The translations under genes were made by a program, and so were the position numbers. A stretch of 64,000 nucleotides of DNA from Macrostomum lignano (Eukaryota), in NCBI GenBank assembly GCA_002269645.1, contig NIVC01003903.1, forward strand, positions 6,457-70,456, written 5' to 3'. How positions within the stretch are numbered: position 1 is the first letter of the stretch; each line of letters starts with the position of its first letter. Positions 48,201 to 60,066 of this stretch are shown piece by piece. The notes beneath the pieces are model-generated. The model was not told the DNA's origin. It saw only the letters and a program-made list of their open reading frames with translations, and searched no databases.

Positions 48201-48874
48201 TAACAAAATATAAATAGTTAATACGAATGAATTGTACAGCTTGTACATTGCTGAGACTGTGGGGGGGGGTTCTTGAGAATTGCCCGCAGACGAATTACTC
48301 GCCCATGTTAGCCCATAATGCTTAATTAAGTCTTAAAATATAGATTTACCCATCCAAAAACGTCTCGATAGTAACTGCATATCAAATGCATCTTTTTCTT
48401 GTACGTTTTCATTTTATATACATGCAGGGGTACATTGGAGGGGTAAATTACTCTGGGCTGCAAGTGGCGCAACTATAATGAATATGGGTCCGCAGAGTTG
48501 TATCTAAATTAGAATCCAAATGCATTTTGCATTTAAAACAAACTATTTAGTCTACTTGAGTTAGTAGAAAGTTAAGCGCTAGCATGACTCTTGGAAAACT
48601 TTTTCACGACTCTTTCTGTGAGTTGCAAGAATTACAAAATTTAACTTACCTGCTCATTCATATAAATCAAAATGCTTGGCACTACAATGAGCAGCACAGT
48701 TAAAACAGCAGGTCTGAGATGATACTTCATCTTCCAAGATGTGCACACTTTTGACAGCTTTTTAGACACTGCTGAAGGTGGACATGCTTGTTGTTCAATA
48801 ATTAGCTGCCTTTTGAATTCTTGTAGTAGTTGCTCTGTGTGAACCAGATCAATTGATTCACCAGGTGTTGACAT
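45282..48874 (-). CDS. Membrane-anchored cupin/JmjC-like protein resembling the C6orf89 (BRAP) family, ~385 aa; exons 48874-48650, 48107-47844, 47268-46792, 45473-45282
   Basis: Four phase-0 GT-AG-joined exons give one open frame: N-terminal TM (AVLTVLLIVVPSILIYM), CLIGNP...DCRNC, PAIID, and C-terminal HQVKGTIRIELTPREAC...GQLLAVSNWYY. The gene structure is well supported; the family call is from memory. Confidence 0.7.
45474..46791. repeat. 20-21-bp graded minisatellite filling the whole third intron
   Basis: Units change from GGTCACCTGGGTCAGAGAGT to GGTCAAATGAGTCAGACAACT; the array abuts both splice sites. Confidence 0.95.
47320..47815. repeat. ~27-bp G-run minisatellite (GGGAGGGCGATTTTTCTATTGGGTTT) in the second intron
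   Basis: Read directly. Confidence 0.92.
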
Positions 48875-51422
48875 AATGTAAGTTGTTCAAGTTGTCAGCA
48901 ATAATTAATTGTCCATGCATTAAATTTTTATTTGCTAAACATTATCAACTTCTTTAGATTGGAAGTACACTCAATAATATTTTTTTTCATCACAAAACCA
49001 GCTCAACAGGACTGAGGACTGAGTTGCAGCTTTTATTTAATTCTATAGTCATAATTCTCCACTCTCCTTATCAACCCAAGCCAGGGCTTTGTGACAAAAA
49101 TCGCATCACCTATAGCTTAGATAAGAATGGTGCACATGGTATAAATTATATCACTTAATGCTAAGATATAAAGAAAATTTAATCACTGATTTTAGGATAT
49201 AAACATGTTACTAAATATATAATACTATTTTGGAAGCTTTAACAGGACCAATACCAATTGAATACAGCTATATCAAAACCCCTATTAGGCATAAATCTAT
49301 ATCAAAGTTCTTTGATAAGCAAATAATGTCATACATAATCTTAAAGTTGCCAAGTAATTAACCCAAGCTACTATTGAAAGCCTATATTTTAGCAAAGGAT
49401 CAAATTGAAGTTTTAAAAATAATATTAGATAATATTAAGATGCCAAATATAGCCAACTTTTTATTTGCCATAGACATATAGACCTTAGTATACTTGGCAA
49501 ACTATTTTTACAAAATCTACAAAATACCCTTTGGTTATAGGTTTAAAAGCAAGATTTTGCTATAGTGTCCTATTCTATGACAAAATGTAAACTAAAAAGC
49601 TGCTAGCCTGACTTGGTCTTATGGAAACTAGACAAGTCTAGTTAAAGACTATTTAAATAAAGTAGAATAAAAGCTTAGGGCCTATTAGAATATATTAAAT
49701 AAAAATTATTTAGGCCTATTAACTATCATCTATCTGTTTAGGCCTATTTCAATAGCTATTTGTTGTTTCAATAAAACTTATTATCAATGGATACTAGTAA
49801 TTAATTTTAGGCCATTTTGGCGAATTGCCAAAAATATAGATTTTTAAGGATGCAAATATTATTTGATTGCCTTTAAAATGACTAGGCTAGGCTCCACTAT
49901 ACTTTAAATAAGAAACTCTTTGTATCATTTTTTACAATAAAAATTAGCCTAGAATTAAATTGTTATAAATTATTATACGGCCTATGAAACTTAGTTTTGG
50001 CATGATTATATCCAAGATATAGCCTTGCTTATACTCTTTACTTGGAATAAACAAATATTAGTAGCTTGTTCAAATTCAAATACTAATGATTAATGTCAAT
50101 TTAAATTTGCAAGACATGATATCCCTGTGATCTATATTTAGTTGATTATTTCTTTAAAAATACAAATATAAATTATTTGTCAAATGGAATATTAAAAACA
50201 TTTTTTAGTTGGCATTCAAATTTTATTTGATACTAGTCATATTGAAATTAATTATTGTCAATGATTTTACCCTTAATCTATTTCAGGCTAAGCTTTAAAT
50301 TGAAAGTAATACAAAAGTATGAGTCATCAGTCAACCCTAGACAACCGGATTGCTCATTAATTATTGTGATTGTAATTCAATTGGGAAAATTGTAAAAATT
50401 GCAATTTGCTCGTGCAATCAGCTTGCAATCTAGATAAGTGCCTAAGAGCCATCTTTTTCTACTGATGAGTAGTCAAGTTAAAATTGGGGACTTGCGATAA
50501 TTGCAATCTGATTATAAGAACATGCATGGCAGAAAAAAAAAGTGTTCTATGTTTTATATATTCAAATACTTTTATGACCATACACAATATTTTTTCATGA
50601 AAATATCTTTATTTTTATAGGTTCTGATAATGCATTCTATTGTTGTTTTACTTTGCATTAAAATAATGATCTAACCAAAATAAGTAAACGGCTTGCCAGG
50701 TATAATTTTCTTTGCGGCAAATGCTGACTACAGTGAGGGCTCCCACGGCGTTTCTTCTTCAAAGTTTCTACTACATCTGTACGAACAGAACCATTTGTTC
50801 TTTTAACTTTCTTGTAGTGTGTTTATATTCAGTCTCAGTCTAAAGTTTTTTCTTTTCGCACTGAATTTAATTTTTAACATTCACAATGCACAAAGCAAAT
50901 GTAGATGCCAAGGGCAAGGCTATTCATTCATTCATTCAGTCAATCAATAATCAGGTTATTCATTCATTCAGTCCATTCAGGGGCTGTTAAAAAATTGTAG
51001 CTATATTTAGCTATATTTAGTTTTTAGCTATATTGCCTCTAAGTCAAATCAAAATTGAAACACTCTTAATTCTTTAATAGTGATAATCAATTTTGGTTAA
51101 TAGTTTGCTCTTTTGGAACTTTTAAATGCCAGTTTTTTCTTTTGGTAATCCTGCTTTATATTCTAGATTTTCAACTTCCATCCTATTCAATAGCTAGGCC
51201 TAGTACTATTCATATATTGTCTAATGTCTCCTTATTTTATTTGCATGTATTTGCTTACTATAAAATAAATTGCTCTCTCTAGACTAGTAGTCCAATGAGT
51301 CTATACCTATGCTACCAAGTACCTTAGGCCTAACTTTAATTAAATTGAATTGTTATGCTATAGAACCTTGAATAGCTACTAGGTATAGCTAGTTTTGAAA
51401 TATAATTTGAACATTGAAGACT

Positions 51423-52020
51423 TGGAATCTGGTCCATTTCAGCAACAAACCATTTCGGTGACACCCATTTCGGTGACAGGTTGATTTGGCAAGAACCATT
51501 TTGGCAACAGTTTTTAAATAGGATTTTGAATGTATTCTTATCTCATAGCCACAAAAGATTTCAGAACTTACACAAATTTACAACCTTTGGTTTGATTAAG
51601 TGTTGTTAAAATGAATTATAGTGTAAAACAATTTACATTAAACTTTATAAGCTTTGTTAAAACTATGTTAAAACAATTTTTAATGTAAAACTTAAAACGA
51701 ATGGATTACAATTAGAAATTAATGTTCTTAAGAAACAAGAAAATTCAAATTCCAATTCAAAATTACAATTCGTGTATGATGTTTACTCTTCCACAGGGGC
51801 ATTCATGCCACTGCATGCAAGCAGCGCCTCAAGAGTTCTGGTGCCGGCTTTGTACTTTGCCCAATAGTTTCAACAAAATGCCTGTTGGGGGTCATGTCAG
51901 CTGGGGGTAGTTTATTGTATTGTAGATACTTGTAATTTTTCTATTATATTTGTCAAGGAAATGGTCGTCGCCAAATTGACCTGTCGCCAAAATGGGTGTT
52001 GCCGAAATGGACAGGTACCA
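51423..52020. mobile_element. ~600-bp MITE nested in the CMC element
   Basis: TIRs TGGAATCTGGTCCATTTCAGCAAC... and ...GTTGCCGAAATGGACAGGTACCA with CCATTT(C/T)GG subrepeats; 5-bp duplication AGACT at 51418-51422 and 52021-52025. Confidence 0.75.
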
Positions 52021-52580
52021 AGACTTAAAGTAGCTAAGCAACAGGCCTACTAGACTATAATAAGCAGTAAGGGTGGGCCTAATACTAATTGGTACTGGTA
52101 TCCTTTTTTAATTGAACTATCACCTATGCCTATGCTATGGGTATGGCTATGTTTAGATAGCTATTATATTACTATAGGCCTAGTTTATAGTAGAGCTACT
52201 ATAGTTAGGCTATACAACATGTCAACAATGCTATAACAGTCAAAACTAGCTACCCTATGGATCTATATTTTGATATGTTCTAGCTATTTTCTTTTTTACA
52301 CAATGCTGAAGTCATTAAAATTGTAAACATGCAAAGGTAATGAAAATAGATACATGATTAAAATTCTATTGAATATATTGTGTTCATATTAATAGTCTAT
52401 AGAGTATAGACTATATAATCATTAGGTCCAGTATAGCTATTTAGGGAAAATTAATTAATTAATTGACAAAAAATAGATAGCTATATAGCTCTAGTATCAT
52501 AGTAGTATTGATCTACATTTTGTTTATTTGATTTCATTGGTATAGTAAAAAAGCTTAAATATTTTTTCATCTTTTCAGGT

Positions 52581-53690
52581 ATGAAAACTTCTCAACACAT
52601 TAATTCTCGCTCAAGATCATCCAACAAGCTTGACAAGTTTGCAACTCTAAGTTTTGACCATGTCATTCTATGGTTCCCAAAGACAAATTCCCATAGTGGA
52701 CCTATTTATATAAATTCTAGTTTTCTTAGCCATTTTGACAAGGCTGAGAAAATGGAATTTAAGGAGCGTCAACAAATCAAGATTCGTGAAAAGAATGGAT
52801 TCCATGATGCCATTATTGTGAAGCTCGGCACTTATGCAAAAATTAAAATTGCTGAACAAACTATTGACCGCCTTGCTGAAGAAGGTTATAGTACTGAGAC
52901 AATTTTTGAGAGACTTGATAATGAAATGTCTGTTGATTTGGATGCACGAACACGAACCTCTGCTACCTATTTGGGAGATAGTGATAGCAATGAAGGTGAT
53001 GATGAAGAAAATGATGAGAACTATGTGCCACCTGATGACAGGTCTACAACTTTTAAGCCTCCTTTGACAATTACTAGCCAGACTATGTCTTTGGAAAGGC
53101 AGAAGGAAGCAGATTTGTTCAAGTCTTATGGCAATGTGATTGTGGAGCCACCACTTAAGAAAGCTAAGAGTGCAAGTTGTGACCTTATTGATAATGCTAA
53201 GAATGGTGCCTGTGCACCTTTGTACTCATCTACACCACCTAGAAAACCACAGGATGTTGCCCTAGCTCAATGTATGAGACCAAGTAGCTTTTTTGTGACT
53301 TTTACAGAGCCAGCTACTGCTGCAGCAAGCCCACTTGCTCAGGGTTCCAAACTTCAAGCACCTGAGCCTAAAGTGTTAGATTTGCTTTTGCTTGAGGCTC
53401 GAGTACAAACTGGATTGTTGAAAAAGATCATCCGGCTACAGGAAGAAGGAAATGAATTGCTCAGACAAGGGTTTGGTTTCAATGATGAGGTTGTGAGCAA
53501 AGAAGATCAAGTTATTGCTGGTTGTGATGGCCGACCCTTTCGCCTGTCTCAGTTACCATTGCCACCTAACCTTTTTGCTCATGAGTTTGTACTCCGCAAA
53601 TTTGGTGAACAGCTTTGTGAAACAACAATTATTGAGTCACATGGCAGAAGTGAAAGGATTGCTATGGATGTTGATTCAGTTCAAGCTCAT
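52581..53690 (+). pseudogene. Accessory ORF of the CMC transposon, truncated within a possible BEN domain
   Basis: ~370 open codons after acceptor TTTTCAG| at 52578. LFAHEFVLRKFGEQLCETTII...ERIAMDVDSV resembles the start of a BEN domain; it then fuses to Pao sequence. Confidence 0.5.
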
Positions 53691-54758
53691 TCAGTCGGCC
53701 GCTGTTGTATGTACCTTCAGATTCAGGCGACGGTATGGGGGTCATCACACTGTCCCATTTCATTGCAGCTAGTCGTCTCAGCCAAGAACCGGAAGATATT
53801 GACGATGAGGCGGACTCCATTCTACCGCTTCCGAAATGGCTCAGAATGCTTAGAGCAGCTCTGGATTGGTTTTGGAACCAATGGAAGACGTCCTACTTGG
53901 AGTCTCTGCGCGAGAAAGCCCTAAAGGATCAACCTAACCACCGCCTACCAAATGTTGGTGAAGTAGTTCTTCTGGCAGGTGAAGCTCAACAACCAAGACT
54001 CAAGTGGAAATTGGGTATTGTCGAGGAAGTTCGTCCTGGCCGTGATGGTGCTATCCGGTCGGTTCTTTGCATTGCGGGTGCTGGGAGTTCTTTGGGAACG
54101 GGTGAGACAGCCAGTCCAGTCGTTAATTCCTTTAGAGGTTCAATCCTAAGACCGTTATTTTTTTGTCCTTTCCCACGACTCTCGAATTTGTTTGCTAACT
54201 TTTTTGACAGCCTCTTGCAAAATTTTGTAATGGGAAAAGGTTTGTTTTCTGTTTTTGAGATAATTCTCTTGGTGGTGGACAATGTTACGCGTCATTATTC
54301 GTCATTTTTCCATTTACGTTGTAATATATTTTTTCCTCATCTATCATGCTCACATACACTTAAACTTGGCTCTAACAGTTTTCTGTTCTCTGCTGACTGT
54401 TTCACTTACAACAACAAACCAGTCCTTGTCTGTTATGCTAAGATTTTTTTCCTTTTTCATTGTTTTTTTTGCAACAAGTTTGAATGTAATGTAGTTTTGC
54501 TGCTCCGAATTTAAAAAATCAAATGATAAATCATTTGGGGGGAGTGTCGAAAAATGAGTTGGCCTAGGCTAGCCGCTTATTTCATCTAATTTATTTTCTC
54601 TTATTTTTCACTGTATGCACAATGTATATCTCCGCCAACACCCCAAAATTCGTTAAGTTAGAAAATATAAAAGCTGGATTCTGGGCAGCGACCGCCCTAA
54701 CTTCATTTTCTTTATCGCCAGTCAAAATCAATTATTGGTTTATTTTATTATAGGAACA
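53690..54758 (+). mobile_element. 3' fragment of a BEL/Pao LTR retrotransposon (integrase C-terminus, PPT, 3' LTR 54545-54758)
   Basis: SRPLLYV, FWNQWKTSYLESLRE, PNVGEVVLL, RLKWKLGIVEEVRPGRDGAIRSV and, after a frameshift, QPVQSLIPLEV are Pao integrase C-terminal (DUF5641-type) motifs. PPT GGGGGGAG at 54537-54544 followed by TG...AACA. Confidence 0.85.
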
Positions 54759-56322
54759 GGGATTAAGACAGACATACTTAAAAATTGTCCAATAATTTAT
54801 GATACTGCCCAAGTTATTACAATCTTTTTGCATCTTTCCACTGATGGCTGTAGCTTGTACTCTAATTCTCCCTCTTCTTTGTGGCCTGTTCAAGCTCAAA
54901 TTTTAAATCTTCCAACATTTTTGCATTTTCAGCCAGAAAACTTCTTAATTTTTTCTCTCTTTCTTGGTGCAAAGAAGCCTAACTGGAAAACATTTCTAGA
55001 AGACCATCTGGCTTCAGTTTTTGAAAAAAACATTCTGTTTTACTATTCAAAACAGGCCTATGCATTTTCGTGTTAAACTCTTTTCGGCTACTTTTGATCT
55101 TCCTGCCTTGGCTAGCATACTAAACCATAAGCAATTTAATGGCGAGTTTGGTTGCCTTTACTGTGAAAATCCCAGTAGTACTGTTAAAGTCGGCCATGGA
55201 TCCGCACGCAAGTATTCTGAGCCTCATTTATCTACTCCAGTTTCGAATGCTGTTTATTTATCACGAGTTCAACTAGTCTGTCTCTCTGGTGAGAAGAGCC
55301 TTTTTGGTATTAAGGGTGATTCTGTTCTTAGGAAGTATGTGCGCATTCCAAAGAATATTTTGCTTGATTCATTGCACTTTCTTTATGAAAATTGTTGTGG
55401 CACTCTAATGAAATATATGTTTGATGGTTCCTACCAACAACTGAGTTGCTACCTTGGGCAAAGTCTGCCCTTCTTTAATGATACTCTTAAAAGAGTCAGC
55501 GTGCCTAAGTCAGTAACAGTATCATTTTGTCTAGAGCTTCGCTCTTCGTGGAAAGCCAAGGATTACATGTTCGCTGCAATGTATCTATTGCCTATATTTG
55601 CTTTCCATTGCTTCAGTAGGAAAAATCAGGCATGCGCCATTGCTTTGCTTTCTTTTTCTCTTGTTTGTCATGTAGCAAATTCTGTAGACTGTGAGCACTA
55701 CTTGGCGCTTCTCAATAAAGTAATTCAACACTTTATGTCAACTTTAGGAACTGCATTTGATGCCAATGTATACACAATTAATTTTCATCTCCTGTGTCAT
55801 TTGCCTGAACAGCTTCTCAATTTTGGTCCTCTAACAGGATACTCTATGTTCTCATTTGAGAGTCAATTTTCAACGGTAAAGAATTATATTCAAAGGAATC
55901 GATTCCATATCAAGCAAATATGCGAAAAGCTCATTCTGCAAAAATGTTGCACTTTCTGTCTTAAGGAGGGAGCTGCTGCTCAATCTAACAGCTGCATTTT
56001 TGAGCTGCTCACTTCTAAGTTTAGAATTTTATCAAGCAGTCCTTCCGCCTGCTGGCGATTTCTATCCACTTATGCAATAGTGCAAAACAATCGTCTCTTT
56101 TATGCTACTTCTTATTCGAAATTGCCCCCTACTCGGTCATGTATTGTGCAGTTGAAAGATGGTTGTTTCTGCAAAGTAGTTTGTTTTCTGAATGGCACCG
56201 ATATTTTAGCTGATGTAATTTTTTTAGACATCTGCAATTTACAAGACTTTTTAGGTAAAGTGGCTCGCTTGATGAAGAGTAGATAAATAAAGGTACATAT
56301 CAACATGAAGTGTTGTTTGAGT

Positions 56323-56368
56323 TGCCGATGCATTTCGTCCATTTGCATTGGGACATCGTCAGGGTCTT
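56323..56368 (-). ncRNA. Second hammerhead motif copy in the inverted pLTR arm
   Basis: Reverse complement reads GACCCTGACGATGTCCCAATGCAAATGGACGAAATGCATCGG. Confidence 0.6.
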
Positions 56369-56996
56369 TTTATTGAGAAACAATTTGAACGAATATTCAG
56401 TATATATAGATAGTTGAGAGTAACAAGAGTAGTTGAATTGAGTTTTTAATTGATGGTTTAAAACTTGTACATAGTAATCAATTTTTGATACAGTATTGGT
56501 TGGGTAAAGTGCATATCAGTTTCAAGCCAGTCCGGTCATTGACAAATCAGCTAAAAAATTCTGAGTTGACGGCTAGCCCCACCCATCGCAAGTTGGTTGT
56601 TTAACGTGGGCTGTTTGGTCTTAATGTACATGTTTAATGTACATCTTTAATGTACATTAGTTAATGTACATCTTTAATGATAAAGGCTATTGATTTTTGT
56701 AATAGAGATCACATGCTCTGCCTATTAGAAGCCCTGTACATTAAGACCAAACAGCCCACGTTAAATAACCAACTTGCGATGGGTGGGGCTAGCCGTCAAC
56801 TCAGAATTTTTTAGCTGATTTGTCAATGACCGGACTGGCTTGAAACTGATATGCACTTTACCCAACCAATACTGTATCAAAAATTGATTACTATGTACAA
56901 GTTTTAAACCATCAATTAAAAACTCAATTCAACTACTCTTGTTACTCTCAACTATCTATATATACTGAATATTCGTTCAAATTGTTTCTCAATAAA

Positions 56997-57042
56997 AAGA
57001 CCCTGACGATGTCCTAATGCAAATGGACGAAATGCATCGGCG
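56997..57042 (+). ncRNA. Minimal type I hammerhead ribozyme motif in the Penelope pLTR
   Basis: CTGACGA-T-GTCC(10-nt loop)GGAC-GAAA-TGCA-TC; palindromic stem III ATGCAT; predicted cut after C57038; stem I has only 2 bp (CC/GG). Confidence 0.6.
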
Positions 57043-58439
57043 GCTCAAATGGTGCTTCATGTTGATATTTACCTTTATTTATCTACAAGACTTTTTGAAT
57101 CTGTCCAATGTACCTATTGCTGCTGATATATTATGTTTAGCAAAGACTTTCTTGTTTATCTGCTGCCCGTCTTCTAACACCTGCACTATTCCAGTGGGAT
57201 GTAATTTTCTGCATCAGTGTGTTTCAGTCAATAATATTTTTCCCGATAAGGACTTGTGTCTTGTTATACTAGATTCTTGCCACCATGAATATAGCTTAAT
57301 TTGGGATGACTTAAAAGCTGAGTAGGAACTGTTAAAACTGAGTAAGCACTACTAAGAATTGTATCTGTCGCGGATCATTTTCAAAATATAGATCACTTGA
57401 ACCAATTGCCATACAATAATTGCTTATTGCTTGCTAGTTGTGTATCTTGTTTGATTTTTTGTTGACTGTTGTATAGTTAGAAAAAGGTAAAAATACAAGA
57501 AAACATTTTATATGTACTCAAATTTCAATTTTAATGACTTTTAACGTTTCACTTTCTATGCAGCTTTAATTTGAGTGTTATATAAATATAATAATGGAAT
57601 GCAATTGTGCATATTGTACTAATTGTACATTATAAACTGCCCTGAATAGTAATCGATTCTGGTTAGAAAAACATCCTCTCATGTGTTTATCGTCTTCCTT
57701 ACATTAATTTTCTAATCTAAAAATTCAGAACATTGGCAAAAGCCATACATGCTACTCAGAGTAAACTGTGTGTCTATCCACCAAAAGTAATTGCAATTGG
57801 ATTACGCCAGAAATTGCATAAATTATAATTCAATTGGTCTAAATTGCAACACTTACAATCTGCATGTACAAAATTGCTAAAATTGCAATTTTGATTGTAA
57901 TCAGCTTATTCAAAATTGCAATTGACGTGCACACAATTGGCAATTATTGTACAATTTCGGCAAGTAGATTGCAATTTTCAACAATTTCTTGTAATTTTGG
58001 TTGACTAGGGAAGACTAATAAGAGAAAAAAAGACAAACTAGGCTATATTAGGCCAGGCTAATCTAACCAGACTCTAATCAAACAACTATTATAAATGACA
58101 CTTGTTATTTGCACAGTACCCTATAAATAGTATTGTCATTATTTACAAAGTAACAAGCTGTTGAAACCCGCAGATTTTGAACCCGGGGAATTCCAATCCC
58201 CGGAACTACTTTTGCATGTATTCTAAAATCTAAGGTCATGCACAAACAAAAACTTGTTAATAGTTAGTAGGAAAGAGGTAGACATAAAATGGACACATTC
58301 GTGTAAAATTAGGATTTGAAGCAAAAATTGATATTGTTGGCTGGGGTACTTCACAGAATGTCAGGCAATGTCTGTCTGACTCTAAAACATGTATTGCTAA
58401 ACTTTGGTCTCTCCCTGACTCTCCCTATGTCCCTTGGAT

Positions 58440-58978
58440 CCTTTAAAATTTCTATCGTCTCTTCTGTTTCCTCTCTTCTCTCTCGTCCCTCGTCTCTCCT
58501 CTCTCTTCTCTCCTCTCTCCTCTCTCTCTCATATCTTCCCTCATCTCTCTTCTCTTTCATCTCTCTTATCTCTTGTCTCTTCTCTCTACTCTCCTCTCTC
58601 TCTCTTCTCTACTTTTCGTTTCTCTCTTCTCTCCTCTCTCCTGTCTCCTCTCTACTTTTCGTTTTCTCTCTCCTCTCTCCTCTCTACTTTTTCGTTTTCT
58701 CTCTTCTACTCTCTCCCCCTCTTCTCTCGTCTCTTCCTTCTCCTCTCTATTCTTTTCTCTCTTCTCTTAACTCTCTCCTCTCTTCTCTCACCTCTTTCCT
58801 CTCTCTCTTTCCTCTCATCTCTTTTCTTGTTTTATCTCTTCTCTCTCCCTCGTCACTCGTCTCTTCCCTCACCTCTCTTCTCTCTTGTCTGCGTTTTTAT
58901 CTCTCCTTTCTCTTCTTTTATCTTTTCTCTCTTATCTCTTCTCGTTTCTCTCTGCTCTGCGCTCTCTCTCTCTCTCTG

Positions 58979-59043
<65 letters not shown>

Positions 59044-59830
59044 TCTCCTCTCCCATCTCTCTTCTCCTCTCTACTCTCTCCCCTCTTCATTCTCCTATTT
59101 CCTCTTCTCTCTCCCTGTCTCTCCTCTCTCCTCTAGTCTATGTAATCTCTTCTCTCTTATCTCTCCTCTGTTCTCTCTACTCTCCCATCTCTCGTCTGTT
59201 CACCCTCATCTCTGCTCTCTCATCTGTCATCTTTACTCTCTAATACGTTCTCTCACTTATCTCCTCTGTAATCTTCTCTTTCACCTCTTCTGACTCCTCT
59301 CTTTCCTTACTCCTCTCTTCTTTTCTCTTCCCTCTTCTATACTCTCTCTCTCCTCTATTATCTTCTCTCATCTCTCTGCACTCTCCTCTCACCTTTTTCA
59401 TCTCTCATCTTTACTCTCTCATCTCTCCTTTCATTTGTCTCATCTCTACAATCTCATCTCTCCTTTCTCCCCTCTTCTTACACCCCTCTCTTATCTCTAT
59501 CTCTTCTCTTCTCACTCCTCTCTCCCCCTCTTATCTCCTCTCTTCTCTATCCTTTCTACTCTCTCCTCTCCTCTTGACCCTCTGTCATCTTCTTTCTGCT
59601 CTCTCATCTCTACTCTCTTCTCACTCTTCTTTACTCTCCTCTCATTGATCCTCTGTCTCATCTCTCCCCTCTTCTCACCTTTACTCTTCTCACCTTTACT
59701 CTTTCCTCTCCCTCCTTTCTCCCCTCCTCTCGCTTCTTCCTCCCTTCTTTTCTGCTCTCTCCTCACCACTTGTCTCTCCTCTTATCTTCCATGTTTTCTC
59801 TAATCCCCCTCTCGCCTCTCCTCTCTTCTA
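58440..59830. repeat. ~1.4-kb polypyrimidine (CT-rich) low-complexity tract with a pure (TC)n core near 58960-59040
   Basis: Read directly; source of the Leu/Ser-rich spurious ORFs. Confidence 0.95.
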
Positions 59831-60066
59831 ATAGTCTATTCCTTCTCCTTTCCACTCTCATCTGGCCCGCACATGAGCTGGATTCTTTATCTGGCTTTTG
59901 AAGTAAAAGTCTGCCAATCACTGCTTCGAAAGCCAGTTTGTGGGACGTACTACTCTCATCGTTATTCACATGCTTTGATCACGTCATCTTTCTTGCCAAT
60001 TTGCAGCCCTGAAAGGAATTTGTGTAATCTTCAGCTCCACTGCAGTCTGGACTCTGGATCAGTCTA

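Larger units (their letters stand above)
56253..57083. mobile_element. Penelope-like element fragment with inverted pseudo-LTRs
   Basis: 13-bp TSD TACAAGACTTTTT (56240-56252 and 57084-57096); 351-bp inverted arms 56280-56630 and 56735-57085; LEALYIKTKQPTLNNQ (from ~56725) is a GIY-YIG endonuclease C-terminus; AATAAA at 56991. Confidence 0.85.
54759..57325 (+). pseudogene. EnSpm/CMC-type transposase, 5'-deleted, frameshifted and interrupted by a Penelope insertion
   Basis: LSTDG...LWPVQAQILNLP...KKPNWKTFL, DLPA...QFNGEFGCLYC, LDSLH, WKAKD and NFHLLCHLPEQLLNFGPL...FSFES; frameshift near 55020-55070; the frame resumes (LQDFLNLS) at 57084. Confidence 0.85.
50335..58010 (+). mobile_element. CMC/EnSpm-superfamily DNA transposon (~7.7 kb including nested inserts), inactivated
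   Basis: Termini CCCTAGACAACC and GGTTGACTAGGG (11/12 inverted match); 2-bp flanking AA/AA; subterminal AATTGCAAT repeats at both ends; internal EnSpm-type transposase. Confidence 0.75.

Noticed and set aside
52581-53924. A single 447-aa gene
   Set aside because: A chimera: after ~53690 the sequence is BEL/Pao integrase read in another frame.
58316-59803. Leu/Ser/Phe-rich apparent membrane-protein ORFs
   Set aside because: Translations of the CT tract.
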